Shown: positions 36,147 through 49,850, counted from the stretch's first letter. The stretch: DNA of 64,000 nucleotides from Elsinoe ampelina (GCA_010093995.1 ML992516.1:123413-187412), one strand, 5' to 3'. Notes: generated by a model not told the origin, from the sequence alone. Program-made: numbers and translations.

Positions 36147-37893
36147 ATGTCGCAAGTGGAGGAGCAATTATCTGTTGTACTCTGCCGAGCCATATCGGCA
36201 GGGGTTCTAAGAGAGGACATTGCGCACCCGCGATGCTTGCGTGCGCGGTCGGTGACCCCTGAGGTTCACGCCAAGTGATGCAAAAAAGATTGTCGGTGCT
36301 GCACAATCTGGCATTGTGTGATGATACCTTGCAACAAGCTTGTCGCGTCTGCTGTCAGACGTCCATAATTTCCCCTCAATCATGGGCGAGAATAAAATTT
36401 CCCTGGCTCGATATGCGGCTCCTGTAACATCGCTCTTGACAGTCGCCTCAATCGAAAACACGTGCCACGATGCTTCTCAAAGACCAAAGACGTCGAATGT
36501 AGAGTCATTGGAAGGTTTATTGTTCCTCCCTAGTGGCCGCCACGCGATTAGGGGTCATCGTACAGTATAAAAAGCTTCCGGCCGGGATTCGCTATTCTCG
36601 GCGCCGAGATGCAAAGGCAGAGTGTTGCTCGCGCCAAAAACGTGTCGAGCCCTAAGGTCGTAAGCAGCAGAGATCGACAGCGAGGAATGGAGAAAGGGAA
36701 ACAAGACGCGTGGGACAGGCATGATCTGCTCCCCACAAAGCGCCGATCAGGAGATCCAGACAACAACAGGCTTTGGATGTTTGGAGACGAATTTTCTTTT
36801 GTGAACCTGATGTTATGTACATCCTCATGATGAGGAGAAATACCTACCAGCTCATAGGAGGGAAAGACATTGTAAAGACTTGCGACTCGAGAAGCATCTT
36901 GGAGAAGGCACTTTCGCAGATTCCAGGCACAAGGGTCGATTTGTCCGGGTGAATTACTGCCCACGTTTTGCCCGTGCTTCCCGTCCATTTCCACAACCGA
37001 GACTGGCAATTTTCCGAACGTGAACGCTTTGCTTGGTAGTTCTTTGAAGAAAGAATGTTTGTGCAGTGGCGAGCATCACGATGATCGCAACAGTCAGACG
37101 GGGATGAATAGATGACCATCGATCGATCCCATACCACCAAGACTCTACCCCTCTCTTAAGCATATCTCGTAAAGGCCGTACCAGGTACAATTAACACTTG
37201 CGGCTCTAACGGGAGGAAGAATTTTGGGGGTGTGGCGAACGGACAAGCTAACCACTAGCCTAAACACAGTTTGGTGCTGCCACGCCTGGAAAGAGTCAAG
37301 AAGAAAGAGGACCGTTGCACTTTCAACTCCAATGCTCTTGTCCTTCCTGTTCACTCTTGCGCCCTCCCTCGCCCTCGACGTTCACTCCCTGCATGAGTTT
37401 GCCGTTCCTTTCGGGGCAAGACCGACTGGAAAGACTCGGACATCAGCCAATTGCCATACGTTTCTGCCGCCACGCACGCTAATGCAGGTCGACCGCTTCT
37501 GCTGAGTTGTGCAACTTTCACTGGACTGTTCTGCCAATATTATCCTCGGCGTCAACCCTTCGACTGCTCTGTCAGCTTTCCCTTATTCTGGTTTCTGCAC
37601 TTCACTCCTTCGACTCTTGGTGGCTTGATCGCTCGATAATACTTCTATCCAACGTGTGGCCTGGTTCCTCAGACATGGGCTTGGTGATTGCGACACAATC
37701 AACATTAATCTCTGGACCGTTGGTCAACGGCGTTTAGCTGATCTCGTGGTACGCGAGAGTCTGACACTCGAGTTTTGATCATCAGTGTTACACAGACAAG
37801 GCAGCGTAGCACACGGGTCACATATACCATCGCAAGAGTGGCTATTCTCGATTCAGGAGCCCTTTGGGCATAGAGTTCGTACTTCGGTCGAAC

Positions 37894-40800
37894 ATGAGGA
37901 TACCTATCAGAGAGCAGCTGGCGGCTTTGCTACTGCTCGCTTCGGGCGTGGGACTTGGTGTCATTGCAATTGCGACATGGGTAAGTTATTGAAGCGCTGG
38001 AATACAGGTCATGGCTGATACTTTTCAGTACACCAACTACAACTTTGTCCTCGGCGTACGCGCTACTCGACTTGCTATATCAGCTTCACTAAAGGCTTCC
38101 CAACTAGCCTCAAACCTTGCCCTTCTCGAGAATAGCGTCCAATTCACGGCGAGTCGCCTTTTGGTTCAAGACGCTCTCCAGCGCTACAATGACGATGATG
38201 ATAACAGTGCAACGAATTGGGAGCGAGCAATACCGGATATGCAGGCGGCAATAGGTGGGCCTGCTTCTGGCGGTGCTGTTGGAAACTCACTTCTTCTTCA
38301 ATCTCAGATCCGACCGAGAACGAATACGGGTTCAGCTGGGAATGCACCAGTCATCAACACCACAAGTCAGGAAATAGTCGGTCGAGTCAAACTTCCTTGG
38401 ACCTACCCGAACGGATCCGATGTCTATCTTGGAGACGATGATTTGGGCTATCCGCCGAACCTTTACCCGAATTTCACATACGGAAACATTGTAACGTCAG
38501 ATGGTACCGAAGTTGCTACGGCGGATTATCAAGGCGATGTGATAAGTCCAGTCAGGAATCAGGCTCTACTCCTTGGTCCATGGCAGATCAATTCGACCTA
38601 TTCGATACTTTCACTCACGCTACCGATTATCAACAACACTTCTTCGCTTCAAGTCCTTGGTTGGATATCTGTTTTGATGGACGCAAGGCTTATCTCGAAT
38701 GTTATCAACATGCGGCAAGGGCTGGATCGAACAGGACAACTACTCTTGATCCGACCAGTCAACGAAACCAACCAATATCCGCCTGGCGTGATGTACGACA
38801 GCGGCCCTGATGCGAGTATCTACAACAGCGAACAAGTCCAATTCATCCTCCCACTGAGTGCCAATTCGACGAGGCATCCCGGTCGAACACAAGGCACTGG
38901 TAATCCGCCTTTCCAGATGTCCGACTTTCCCTCATTAGTGCAAGCGGTCACGAAACAGCAGAATAGCGAGAACAATGCCGGATCAATCATTGCTGCAAAG
39001 AACGAAGCTGGTCTACCAGTATCTTGCGGATTTGCCATGGTCAACGTGCCTTTTGTAGACTGGGCAGTTATGGTCGAACAGGATCGAGAAGAAGTCTGGA
39101 CACCAATCGACAGATTACGGAACGTCATCATTGCGTGCTTCTTCGGTACTATGGGTGCCATGGTTCTAATTGCATGGCCCCTTGCGCATTTTGCCAGCAA
39201 GCCTATTCGAGATCTCAAAGTGGCGACACAAAAGACAGTCATGCCCGCTGGGTACACCGATAGTAGCGAAACACTGGGAGGGTCCGAGTATGACGATGAT
39301 ATGGACGGGTCAAGTCCGCAAGCAAATGAGATAGACGCTGCAGTCGCCCGGAAGGAAGGATTCTTTGCAGCAGTTTTGAGAAGACGGAAGCGATCAAGAT
39401 CAGATAATACCGAGGAGCGAAGGCGACGACATTTCCGAATACCTGGCAAGGTTCCGGACCGCAAACATCTTGTCAAGGACGAGTTATCAGATTTGACAGG
39501 GACATTCAACGAGATGTCCGACGAGTTGATGATGCAATACGAACGACTAGAAGAAAGAGTACGGACGAGGACTGCCGAATTGGAATTGAGCAAGAAGGCC
39601 GCCGAAGCTGCAAATGAGAGCAAGACATTGTTCATCGCCAACATCTCGCATGAGCTCAAAACACCATTGAATGGTATTTTGGGCATGTGTGCAGTATGCA
39701 TGCAAGAGGACGATCCGATTAGGCTGAAGAGATCGCTTGGGATCATTTACAAGAGCGGAGATCTGTTGCTGAATCTGCTGACAGATCTCTTGACTTTTAG
39801 GTATGCTTCATAGTAAGGAGACATGAGACTGTACTGACATATGAACAGCAAGAATCAGGTCGGCCAACAACTTTCACTGGACGAAAAGGAGTTTCGACTT
39901 CGTGACATCAGCTCACAAGTGCTCGCTATCTTCGACAAACAAGCAAAGGACAATCAAATCGACCTCAGCGTTCAGTTCCAAAACAGCCTAGGCGAGATCG
40001 AGGGCAAAAATGCAGTCGGGAACAGAGTAAAGGACATGATCTTGTGGGGCGACACGCATCGCATTCTCCAAGTCATCATCAACCTGGTATCGAACAGTTT
40101 GAAATTCACTCCGGCACAAGGCAAGGTCACATTGACAGTACGATGCTTGGGGGAAACATCAGATGTCGGCAGCCGCAAGACGAGTCTGGGGTCTAGGACA
40201 TCTCGACGGAACAGGAATCGTCTCTCCGACTTGTCTGGGCCAGGTGGAAGGACATCTGGATCTGCTGAGGGTGGCTCCTACAGTGGTGGTGCCTTCCAAC
40301 GTATCATCGACGTGGACCGAGCAACACCTCCTCCTGGAAAGACATTCATGTTCGAGTTTGAAGTGGTCGACACCGGTCCTGGTATCCCGGAGAATCTCCA
40401 CCAACGTATCTTCGAGCCTTTTGTTCAAGGAGATCTCGGTCTCTCGAAGAAGTATGGGGGTACAGGTCTTGGTCTCAGCATCTGCTCTCAACTGGCTGGA
40501 CTGATGCACGGAGCTATGAGCTTACAATCGGAAGTCGGACAAGGCAGCACGTTTATGATGCGTATTCCTCTTCGACATCTGGTATCGAGAGCAGACAGCA
40601 CAGCATCAAGCAATGTGTCGCAGAATGGTGACGCCATCTCATTCTCGGGAAGCTTTGGTGGAGGAGATGGGTTTGGCACTCCCAAGCGACAAAGCATGCT
40701 CATCGATAATGCTTCGGTATCATCCATCCCCGGGAACCTCGGCCCTTCGCCACAAGCACAGCAAAAAGACCACTTTGATCAATCCAATCAGCCTAGGCTA

Positions 40801-41574
40801 ATTGGCTTGTCACAACCCTTCTTTGCATCCAACCAGCCAATGGAATCACCTGCGTCACAACCGGCAGCGATGGAGCAAATGAAAGCGGCAGCGTCATCAG
40901 CGGGTAGGATCCGGGTTCTCGTCGCAGAGGACAACAAGGTCAACCAGGAGGTGGTTCTCCGCATGTTGAAGCTCGAGGACATCTACGATGTGACGGTCGC
41001 AAAGGACGGTCAGGAGGCTCTGGATTTCGTCAAGGAGTCCATGAGCACACCTGATCCCGAAGACCCGAACAGTCTGGCAAGCAAGGGACCGTTCAACTTG
41101 ATCTTCATGGACGTCCAAATGCCAAATCTGGACGGACTTCAAAGCACGAAGCTCATTCGAGAGACCGGATTCGACAAGCCGATTGTCGCACTTACGGCCT
41201 TTGCTGAAGAGAGCAACGTCAAAGACTGTCTCGACAGCGGCATGAATTACTTTTTGAGCAAGCCTATCCGACGGCCCGCGCTGAAAAAGGTGCTCAAGGA
41301 GTATTGCGCACCAATCATGGAAGAAGACGAGGGTCAACCCAGCCCAACAGAGAAAAGAACAGACAAGTCAAACCCTGCTAGTCTCGGCGGAAGCACTGTC
41401 GTAGACGTCAAGGGTAAAGGCAGCCTGAGCACAATGGGAAGCGAGGAAGCAAAGGCAGCCACGAGCAAGCGGCACTCGACAGAAGGCGTCGACCTCGGCA
41501 TGCCGAACACTGGTAATACCACGGTCGTCATATTAAGCCGACCCAACAGTGCGGAGATACCCAGAAAGGAATAA
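37894..41574 (+). CDS. SLN1: Membrane hybrid histidine kinase, Sln1/TcsB type; introns 37981-38028 and 39801-39848
   Basis: MRIPIREQL + TM1, extracellular loop, TM2, H-box FIANISHELKTPLNG, N/G1/F/G2 boxes, receiver domain (AEDN...FMDVQMP...SKP). Confidence 0.93.
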
Positions 41575-42383
41575 GAAGGGGGACATTATTCCCCTGAATC
41601 CTTTCCATTTGCTTTGGAATATCATGCATTTGGCAGCACCTGCAGCATTTTCACCTTTGAGCGACGGCGTTTGGGGATACCAAGGGGCATATCTTGGGAA
41701 CGGGAAAGAGCACACGCATTCGACTACTGGGGACTTTATCAGTTTCCTATCCCTTTGCTCGTCCGTGGCGTAAAAGCATGGATTTTCTAGACAGAGACGT
41801 GTAATGGCATGAACGACTCCTCTTTCATCACCGTTGTCATGCGCGTGATACTACCAGCGTGACCTCTTGCCTCCATCTCGTACAGCTCCAACCCGCCTTA
41901 TGGCAGCATCAGTATTCCCACAGGATGCCTCCAATCAAAGCATCCATTACATGCCCATGTGCTGGCATCGTGGCAAACCTCTCTTCTGCAGACTGCACCG
42001 GACGTTTTCCCCCCAACCGTTGTCCCGCACTGCGGGGTCCAATGCTCGCCCGGCTCCTGCGCTAGTGGAGCTTGAAGCTATTAAAGGGGACGGTGCTGAT
42101 CTGCGTTCCTGCATCTTTCGTTCTTCTTTCTCCGCTTTTGTACTTGTATTTCAACACTGGGGTTGCAATTGTGGACACAAAAGGCTGGGATTGTGTCGGT
42201 TCGGGACTCATTTCTGTGGAATCGTGAGGTGAAGAGCGGAGGAGGACTGTTTTGGAGGGGACGTGACGTCGCTCGACAGGGGAGGGCGAGTGGAGCTCTA
42301 GCACTGGACGTCTTGCAAGGTAGTGTCGAGATCGGGGGGTAGACTGGGATCAAGTGAGGGGAAGACAGGAGGAATAAGTAGCC

Positions 42384-45300
42384 ATGCCTGTCCGGAGACT
42401 GGCCAGACGGCCTTTGAGGGTGTTGGCGCTGGCTTTGGTGGCGCTGGTACTTGTTCTTATATTCGAGACGCCACGGCATGAGAAGAGAACAGGTATGAGG
42501 TCTTCACTGTGGACTAGGTCGACGGTGGGGTTGGGGCTTTGGGGGTCGCAGAGTGTGCTTGCTGAGTCGAAGGGGGATGCAGTGTCTCCTGGGAGGGGGA
42601 GGGGTACGACAAGAACGACGACTGCGACCATCGGTGGGGTGGAGACGACGTATCGTCCTCAATTGACGCCGGATGCGAGTATAGCTTTGGGAGCGGAGCT
42701 GCTGCCTAACATAATGGATCCAGAGGCGGTGGATGCGCAGACTGTCTGTCCTGGATACACGGCGGAGAATGTGCGGAAGACGAAACATGGGTTGCATGCG
42801 AGATTGGTTCTGGATGGGAAGCCAGTAATGAAGACTATGGAGCCTATAAGATGCAGAGCTGACTTGTACAGTGCAATGTATATGGTACGGATGTTGAGGA
42901 GCTGGTTCTGACGGTCGACTACCAGACTGCCAATCGCTTGTCTGTCAATATCAAGCCTGCTTACATTGGTGCGAACAATCAATCTTGGTTTGAGATCCCA
43001 GATGGTTTCGTGCTTCAGCCAGAGCATGGGAAACCATTGGACAACTCGGAAGACACTGATCTTAAGCTGTCATGGTCGAACGATCCAACCTTCTCCTTTA
43101 CTGTCTCCAGGGATTCGACAGGGGACATCCTCTTCTCGACCTTGGGAAGCAAGCTGATCTACGAGGATCAATTCATAGAGTTCGTCACCAGCTTACCCGA
43201 AAACTACAACATGTACGGTATGGGTGAGCACTTCCATGCGTTGAGACTCGGAAACAACTACACCGCCACATTTTATGCTGCGGACAATGGTAACCCAATT
43301 GACCCCAACTTGTATGGGTCTCATCCTTTCTACCTGGAGACCAGGTACTACGAGGTCGACCACAAGAGTGGCAAACGTGTCTTACTCACTGGTGACGCCA
43401 GCCCAGATGCTAGTTATCAGTCGAAAAGTCACGGTCTGTTCTATCGCAATGCTCATCCACTTGAAGCTCGACTCAACCCGACCAATTTGACATGGCGAGC
43501 ACTGGGTGGTAGTATCGACCTATACTTCTTCGACGGTCCGACTCAGCCCGAGGTGACCAGACAATACCAAGAAGCTGTTGGCTTTCCAGCGATGCAACAG
43601 TATTGGACACTAGGCTTCCACCAGTGTCGCTGGGGGTACAAGAACTGGTCAATGCTCGAAGACGTGGTCACAAACTTTAAGGATGCTCAGATCCCACTAG
43701 AGACCATCTGGACGGACATTGACTACATGTTGCAGTACAGAGACTTTGAAAACGATCCAAACACCTTTCCATACGATACCGGCCGAGACTTCTTGAAACG
43801 TCTGCACGCGAATGGACAGCACTATGTCCCTATTGTTGACTCGGCCATCTACATTCCAAATCCAGACAATGCATCAGACGCCTATCCTACCTACGACCGG
43901 GGACACGAGCTGGACGTATACATGAAGAATCCAGACGGGTCAGAGTACATTGGCGCTGTTTGGCCCGGATTCACAGTCTTCCCTGATTGGCTTGCCTCGA
44001 ATGTCACCAAGTGGTGGACTGAACAGATGACTTCTCACTACTCAAAGGTTGACTGGGATGGTATCTGGATCGACATGTCAGAGGTCGCTTCCTTCTGTAC
44101 TGGCTCTTGCGGATCAGACAGCGTTTCGCTCAATCCGTCGCATCCTCCATTCAGCCTACCAGGTGAACCTGGACAATTGCAAGTCGACTATCCAGAACAA
44201 TTCAATATCACGAATGTCACAGAGGCTGCATCTGCGTCTGCCCTGTCTGCTTCTCAGGCGGTTGCCGCTTCAGCAACAGCAGTGTCCAATGGTGTATCCG
44301 CTACTGTCGACTACATCCGTACAACTGTCACACCGGGCGTTCGGCAGGTCGTATACCCTCCCTACGTGATCAACAACGTCCTCGGAGAATTAGGCGCTCA
44401 TGCCGTCTCTCCAAATGCCACACACGCTTCCGGCGTCCAAGAATACGACATTCACAATCTATTCGGGCACTCAATCTTGCAGGCAACGTACAAAGCCCTC
44501 CAATCCATCTCACCCACAAAGCGCCCCTTCATCATCGGCCGCAGCACTTTTGCCGGCTCGGGTCGCTACGCAGGTCACTGGGGAGGCGACAACAACAGCA
44601 AATTCTACAGCATGTTCTTCTCCATCTCACAAGCGCTGAGTATGTCTCTCTTCGGTATCCCAATGTTTGGGCCCGACGTCTGCGGTTTCAGCGGCAATGC
44701 CGATAAAGAGCTCTGCGCTCGGTGGATGGAAGTCGGCGCCTTCTTTCCCTTCTACCGAAACCATAACATCCTGTCCGCTATTGACCAGGAGCCATACGGT
44801 ACGTTCAATACCTCCTCACTCACTCTTTCCAATCCCCGTCCCCCCCTCCCTCTCATACGCATATCCATACTCATTTCCCTCTTTTCCCCTCCTCCTGTCC
44901 CCCACTGACCCCCTCCCAGTCTGGGCCGACGTCGCCCTCGCCTCCCGCTCCGCCATGACCACCCGCTACCGCCTCCTCCCCTACACGTACACCCTGCTCC
45001 ACCTCGCCTCCCTCCGCGGCGACACGGTCATGCGCGCACTAGCCTGGGAATTCCCCCACGACCCCAGCCTCGCCTCGACGGACACGCAATTCCTCCTCGG
45101 CCCCGCCATCCTCGTCACCCCCGTCCTCGAACCCAACGTGCGCGCCGTCCGCGGCGTCTTCCCCGGCTTGGACAAAGGGGAGGTGTGGTATGATTGGCGC
45201 AATGGGTCGAGGGTGATGGCTCGCCCCGGGGAGAACGTCACGCTGAGGGCCGAGTTGGCGGAGATTAACGTCCATTTGAGAGGGGGGTATGTGTTGGCTT

Positions 45301-45683
45301 TGCAGGGGGCGGGGATGACGACGAGGGAGAGTAGGGGGTTGCCGTGGGAGGTGGTGGTTGCGTTGGACGGGAGGGGGAGGGCGAAGGGGGGCGTGTATGT
45401 GGATGACGGGGAGAGTGTGGTTCAGGAGAGGACGTTGTGGGTTGAGTTTCGGGCGGGGGAGGGGAGGGTGCAGGTGAGGGCTGAGGGGGAGTGGGTGGAG
45501 AGGCAGGCGTTGGGGAATGTGACTGTCTTGGGGGTGGGGAGGAGGCCGAAGGAAGTTAGGTTTGAGGGGAGGGAGGTGGGGTTTGAGTATGATAGGGATG
45601 TTGGGAAGTTGGTGGTTGGTGGGTTGGAGGAGAGGACGAAGAAGGGGGCGTTTGATAGGGATTGGGTGCTTAGTTGGGCTTGA
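42384..45683 (+). CDS. GH31 alpha-glucosidase; introns 42825-42871 and 44799-44919 (alternative ATG at 42495)
   Basis: GFHQCRWGY, WTDIDYM, WIDMSE nucleophile, HWGGDN acid/base, FPFYRNH, DDGES. Confidence 0.95.
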
Positions 45684-45787
45684 GCAGTGAGGTGGTGTAA
45701 GAAAGTGGTTCATTGAGTCATGATCGTTATGTAGCATTCTGTATACTATGCCAGTCCCCGTGGAAGCCCTGGCATCCTGAAGCGTTC

Positions 45788-46431
45788 TTACCACTGAGGA
45801 GGTTCCTGATCTGTTGGATTGGTTTCATCGGATATCTCTTCAGACCCACTGCCCGGCGGGCGAAACGGGGAATCTCCGGTGACAGGCGCCATTTCACGCT
45901 TCGCCAACGCTGGACCACGAGGATCAGGCTCGAAGTCGCCAAATGTGAAGAACGGGCCATCGTCGACTGGTTCATAAGGTGCAACCATTCTCTTAGTGTT
46001 GTCTCGCTTGATAGGTGGGCCACCCTATGCATATCAGTCACAAGCCGCTGAAAAGTAGTTCGTGACACGCTTACCGGACTCGTAGCCTTGCCCTCTGTCT
46101 TGATATTCTCCAGGTCACCATAGGCCTCATCCACAGCATCCTCGTATGCTCTCGTGTTTGGTTCGACCTTCATCGAGCCTGGGTTGACGGCACGCTTGAT
46201 TGGGCGTATGAATGCATTTGGGTCGTTGTCTTGAGCGTTCTGAAAGTCTTGGGCGATCTGGTCGAGGTCGACTACGTTTCGGGGGTCTCGTCTGGTCAAG
46301 ATCTGCTCGCCGTCAACGCTGTAGCCATCACCTCGGTTGTAGCCATTGTTGACGGCAGGGTTGATGGGACCGGCATAGATGCCGATGGAAAGAGCGGAAA
46401 GGAGCAGAAGAGATGAAGTTCCAGCCTTCAT
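45788..46431 (-). CDS. Small secreted protein with multiple Kex2 sites; intron 46025-46074
   Basis: Signal peptide MKAGTSSLLLLSALSIGIYA. A GTAAGC...CTGAT...TAG intron joins to the frame ending EPPQW*. Five dibasic sites (RR, KR x4). Confidence 0.8.
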
Positions 46432-47109
46432 GTTGTACTGAGAATGCAGAAAGAGAGGAAGAAGATTAGGGATCTATGAGTTTACCGACGGGGACGTATA
46501 AGGTCGGAATGGGCTGGAGGAGCCTACACTGTCCAGGCTCAAGGTACGGTCCCACAGGAAGATTTCTGTGACGTGAGATCCAGCGTCAAAAGTGGTCCAA
46601 GTTTGTTTGGCAGAGAAAGTCTCCGTATGGTCAGATATGATGAAGGAAACGCAGCCTCTTGAGAACGCCATTCGACACAAAGATAAGAGGAGGAATGGTT
46701 GAAACACTGCCTTTTCACCAAGGATGAAGGGGAATCAGCTACGTGGTCACAATGGAGGCGATCATATCTCAGGATGATGATGACAATGAGCAACAAACGT
46801 CAGAGGGAAGCTGAAATTGTTACAGCCAGATGTGGGTCAAAAAGGACAGATGTAAATGTAGTCGAACGCCACGTGGATGGCTGCTTAGTCACGCTGCATC
46901 ATGGACTGAGCACAACTTGACGCTGGAAACCGACATGGGACAAAGTAGGGGTGTTGCAGCTGACAAGGGGATCTCAATTGATGGTCGTGGCTAGATCTGT
47001 GACTCAAAAGCACCTCATCGTGCAAAAGACAAAATGTGCTTGCTATAGGAAATCTTCCGTCAACATCACCGCAACTGGAGGCTGATCCAGTGGACATGGA
47101 ATTGAATTC

Positions 47110-47808
47110 TCATATGGCAGCTGCTTCTCCTCCACCGACTACAGGGCTCCACTTATTCTGACTATTCTCCCCTAGCCGCGCAGTCCAGTCCGGATCAATG
47201 TATTCCTCGGACATGATAGGCTCCCGTTTCATGATGCTCATCGTATCTGCGTCCGTCGTATCAAAGAGCGGCTTTCCGTGGTCATCCACAACTGGGGTTC
47301 GCTTCGAATTCCATGCCGAGTCGATTTCCGGAATGTCGTGTACGAAGATGGTCATGGCTTCGGCGGCACGTTTCGCGGGCTTGTTCGATGATCCGACACT
47401 ACTGTCCCCAGCCTTCTCCATCTTCTGTAGGGCTGCTGCGAGAGGTAGCAGTTGAGTTGAGAAATCTACTGCCTTTGGATGTTCGGGTGCTGGCTGTTCA
47501 GAACGTTTGCGGGAAGGCGGTGGTGGAGTACCTTCGTAGCCAGGTGCTGGGGGTGGCTCGGCTTGGCTAGTCGGAGCTGCTTGACCAGATGCGCACCATT
47601 TTGTGACTACGCTGGGTGGTGGCGGAATTCCTGAGGGCGGCAGGTAGTACGACAGTGTAGTCACGTCGGGTAAGTCTGCACAAGCCTTTGAGGCATCAGG
47701 ACTTTGTGTGATCAATGGATATGGAGGATCTTCTTGTGGATGGGGTAGGGCGGTCGTTACACCCAGGACGAGGGCCACGACTGGTAATAGAAACGCTCGT
47801 GTGTACAT
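47110..47808 (-). CDS. Secreted Pro-rich protein with four KR sites
   Basis: Signal peptide MYTRAFLLPVVALVLGVTTA-LP; sites SRKR, PAKR, NSKR, IMKR. Confidence 0.8.
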   Translation of the reverse strand: MYTRAFLLPVVALVLGVTTALPHPQEDPPYPLITQSPDASKACADLPDVTTLSYYLPPSGIPPPPSVVTKWCASGQAAPTSQAEPPPAPGYEGTPPPPSRKRSEQPAPEHPKAVDFSTQLLPLAAALQKMEKAGDSSVGSSNKPAKRAAEAMTIFVHDIPEIDSAWNSKRTPVVDDHGKPLFDTTDADTMSIMKREPIMSEEYIDPDWTARLGENSQNKWSPVVGGGEAAAI

Positions 47809-48571
47809 GTTGTGTCGTCTTGCATTGGAAAAGATGGAAGAGGAGTAAGGACTGGGAGAAATTGAGACGGTGTTGACACGACCTACTCTTAACACATTTG
47901 ATCATCCTTCGAGATGCCTAGTGGAAGCCATGTTGGGCCCGCGATAAAAGCTGACCCGTCCATTTGAGAAGTCAACATTGCTCTATGAGGAAACAGCTTC
48001 CGGTCAGACACGTCGATGGGTTTCAGCTTGGCTGCATAGTGGCGTTGTTACATTGAAAAGTTTCGATAGCGCTACTTGGTGCGGTGGTTTGCACGGGCGA
48101 CTAGCAGGATGAGGACACCTTCACCGGTGCGGGAATGTTGGGATGGATGAAAGAAGAAGTCAAGCTGGCCTGGCCGGAAGAAGAAGCCACAGCCCCGCTG
48201 AACAGCCAACCTTACCTAATCAACCTCGGTTACAGCCATCACCTCACCTTGTCCGTTCTGGTGCCCTCAAACATGTCCTCGTTTGTACATGACTTCGAAA
48301 GGCCTGGCTCCTGCTTCAGATGCGTCGACAGTGTGACACCGGCAGGCGATGATGACTTTGCTGCTGCATTCGCCGAATCAGCATCCCCTCCTCTCGATCT
48401 TGACACACGATCTACAAAGCGGGGAAGTGAACAGCCCGAACGTGAGTACATGATTACATTCGAGTGGTCGTTCCATTGTTGCTCCCTACCAATTTACATG
48501 GTACTTGTATCGACGGCTAGCAGACAGTGACTGCCCTGAAAATTGCACGCTGAAAGAGTCGACTGAGCATC

Positions 48572-49705
48572 ATGTCACATCTCTCGAGCGGCCTTTTTGG
48601 ATCCCAGAACATCTATGATCCATATTTCACTACCAATCCAGTGACTAGGCTTTCGTTCCTACGACAATCGAACACATTGCTTCACAAGGCTTCCCAGCAT
48701 CCGTCAGCAAAGTATCTCTGTCTGCAAAATTTCAATCCGTTGAGGTCTAAGGAAGGCTCCCTCGAATACCTGCCTTACGATGCCGTTCGACCCATCATAG
48801 GAGATCCATACTCACAGTCCGAGGCGGATGAGACAAAGTATTTTAGCAGCTCCAGTAGGAAGCCGATTCTTGTCTTTCTCGGACTCGACTTGGAAGCCAA
48901 AGCCACTGGCGTGGATTTAGACTCATACTCTGGCGTCCCCTACTTCGCTATCGATGTCTCTCGTCAGGACGAGGCCATCATCTCATCTTTAGCATCTTCG
49001 GGATCGAGTTTTGTCCCCACCAGAGTAGAGCTCGGTTTCTCATACCAAGAGTCGTCCATCTACGCCCAAGCACGCTCATTCATAGACTGGAATCAGCGGA
49101 ACGCCTTCTGCTCTTCTTCCGGATCTCCAACTCTCTCGATCCATGGAGGTGCCAAGATCATTTGTCCACCGACAGACGATGGAGTGAAGCGTGGATCTTG
49201 CCCAACTCGCATCGGCCTGCACAATACTGCTTTCCCTCGGACCGACCCCACTCTGATCGCTGCTCCTGTCTCTGCGGACGGCAAGCGTGTGCTCTTAGGA
49301 CGAGGCAAGCGTTGGCCAACAAACTACTTTTCCTGCCTATCTGGTTTTGTCGAACCCGCCGAGTCACTCGAATCCGCGACGCGCAGAGAAGTCTACGAAG
49401 AGGCTGGTGTCAGAGTCGGGGACGTGCAAATCCACAGCAGTCAGGCGTGGCCCTACCCTAGCACTCTGCTTGTCGGTACCATCGGGCAATGCAAAGAGGC
49501 AAGTGACGAGAAGATCACTTATCCCGAGCAGGAATTGGATGAAGCGAAGTGGTTTGAATTTGGTGAGGTCAAAGAGGCGCTGGATCATGGTCATGCCATG
49601 TGGGAGGATCCACCAAAGGGATATACGGGGATCAGGGTGCCTGGGGATAAACTCATGGCTCATAGGACTTTAAGAGGTGTGCTGAAGCTTTTCGCCAGGA
49701 GGTAG
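48572..49705 (+). CDS. NPY1: NADH pyrophosphatase (Nudix, NudC family)
   Basis: AQARSFIDWNQRNAFC, FPRTDP, Nudix box GFVEPAESLESATRREVYEEAGV, SQAWPYP. Confidence 0.92.
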   Translation: MSHLSSGLFGSQNIYDPYFTTNPVTRLSFLRQSNTLLHKASQHPSAKYLCLQNFNPLRSKEGSLEYLPYDAVRPIIGDPYSQSEADETKYFSSSSRKPILVFLGLDLEAKATGVDLDSYSGVPYFAIDVSRQDEAIISSLASSGSSFVPTRVELGFSYQESSIYAQARSFIDWNQRNAFCSSSGSPTLSIHGGAKIICPPTDDGVKRGSCPTRIGLHNTAFPRTDPTLIAAPVSADGKRVLLGRGKRWPTNYFSCLSGFVEPAESLESATRREVYEEAGVRVGDVQIHSSQAWPYPSTLLVGTIGQCKEASDEKITYPEQELDEAKWFEFGEVKEALDHGHAMWEDPPKGYTGIRVPGDKLMAHRTLRGVLKLFARR

Positions 49706-49850
49706 AACCTTAGCAAGCGCAATAAGCTTGATACAGCAATAGTCAGAATTCGACTCCCGACGAGAAGCGCAATGGTAATGAAATTCATTCGGTTCATAAA
49801 TCATCGTCGGTGCCTCTCAAGACATCCGAGCCGTCCTTCCCTGACCGCTC

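Noticed and set aside
36200..37890. Several 60-150-aa ORFs between NOC2 and SLN1 (likewise 60800-62180)
   Set aside because: No motifs or codon bias; probably promoter/UTR sequence. No tRNA or other ncRNA fold was recognised.
38820..39746. Long antisense ORFs over genes (e.g. 38820-39746, 35582-36220, 45039-45794)
   Set aside because: Shadow ORFs expected from codon bias of the sense genes.
45727..46074. C-terminal half of the 234-aa ORF 45727-46431
   Set aside because: Read-through of a canonical 50-nt intron; the spliced frame ending at 45788 is more coherent.
48135..48530. ORF upstream of NPY1 with a GTGAGT donor as a possible 5' exon
   Set aside because: The nearby AG acceptors I tried do not join in frame to NPY1; no recognisable homology.
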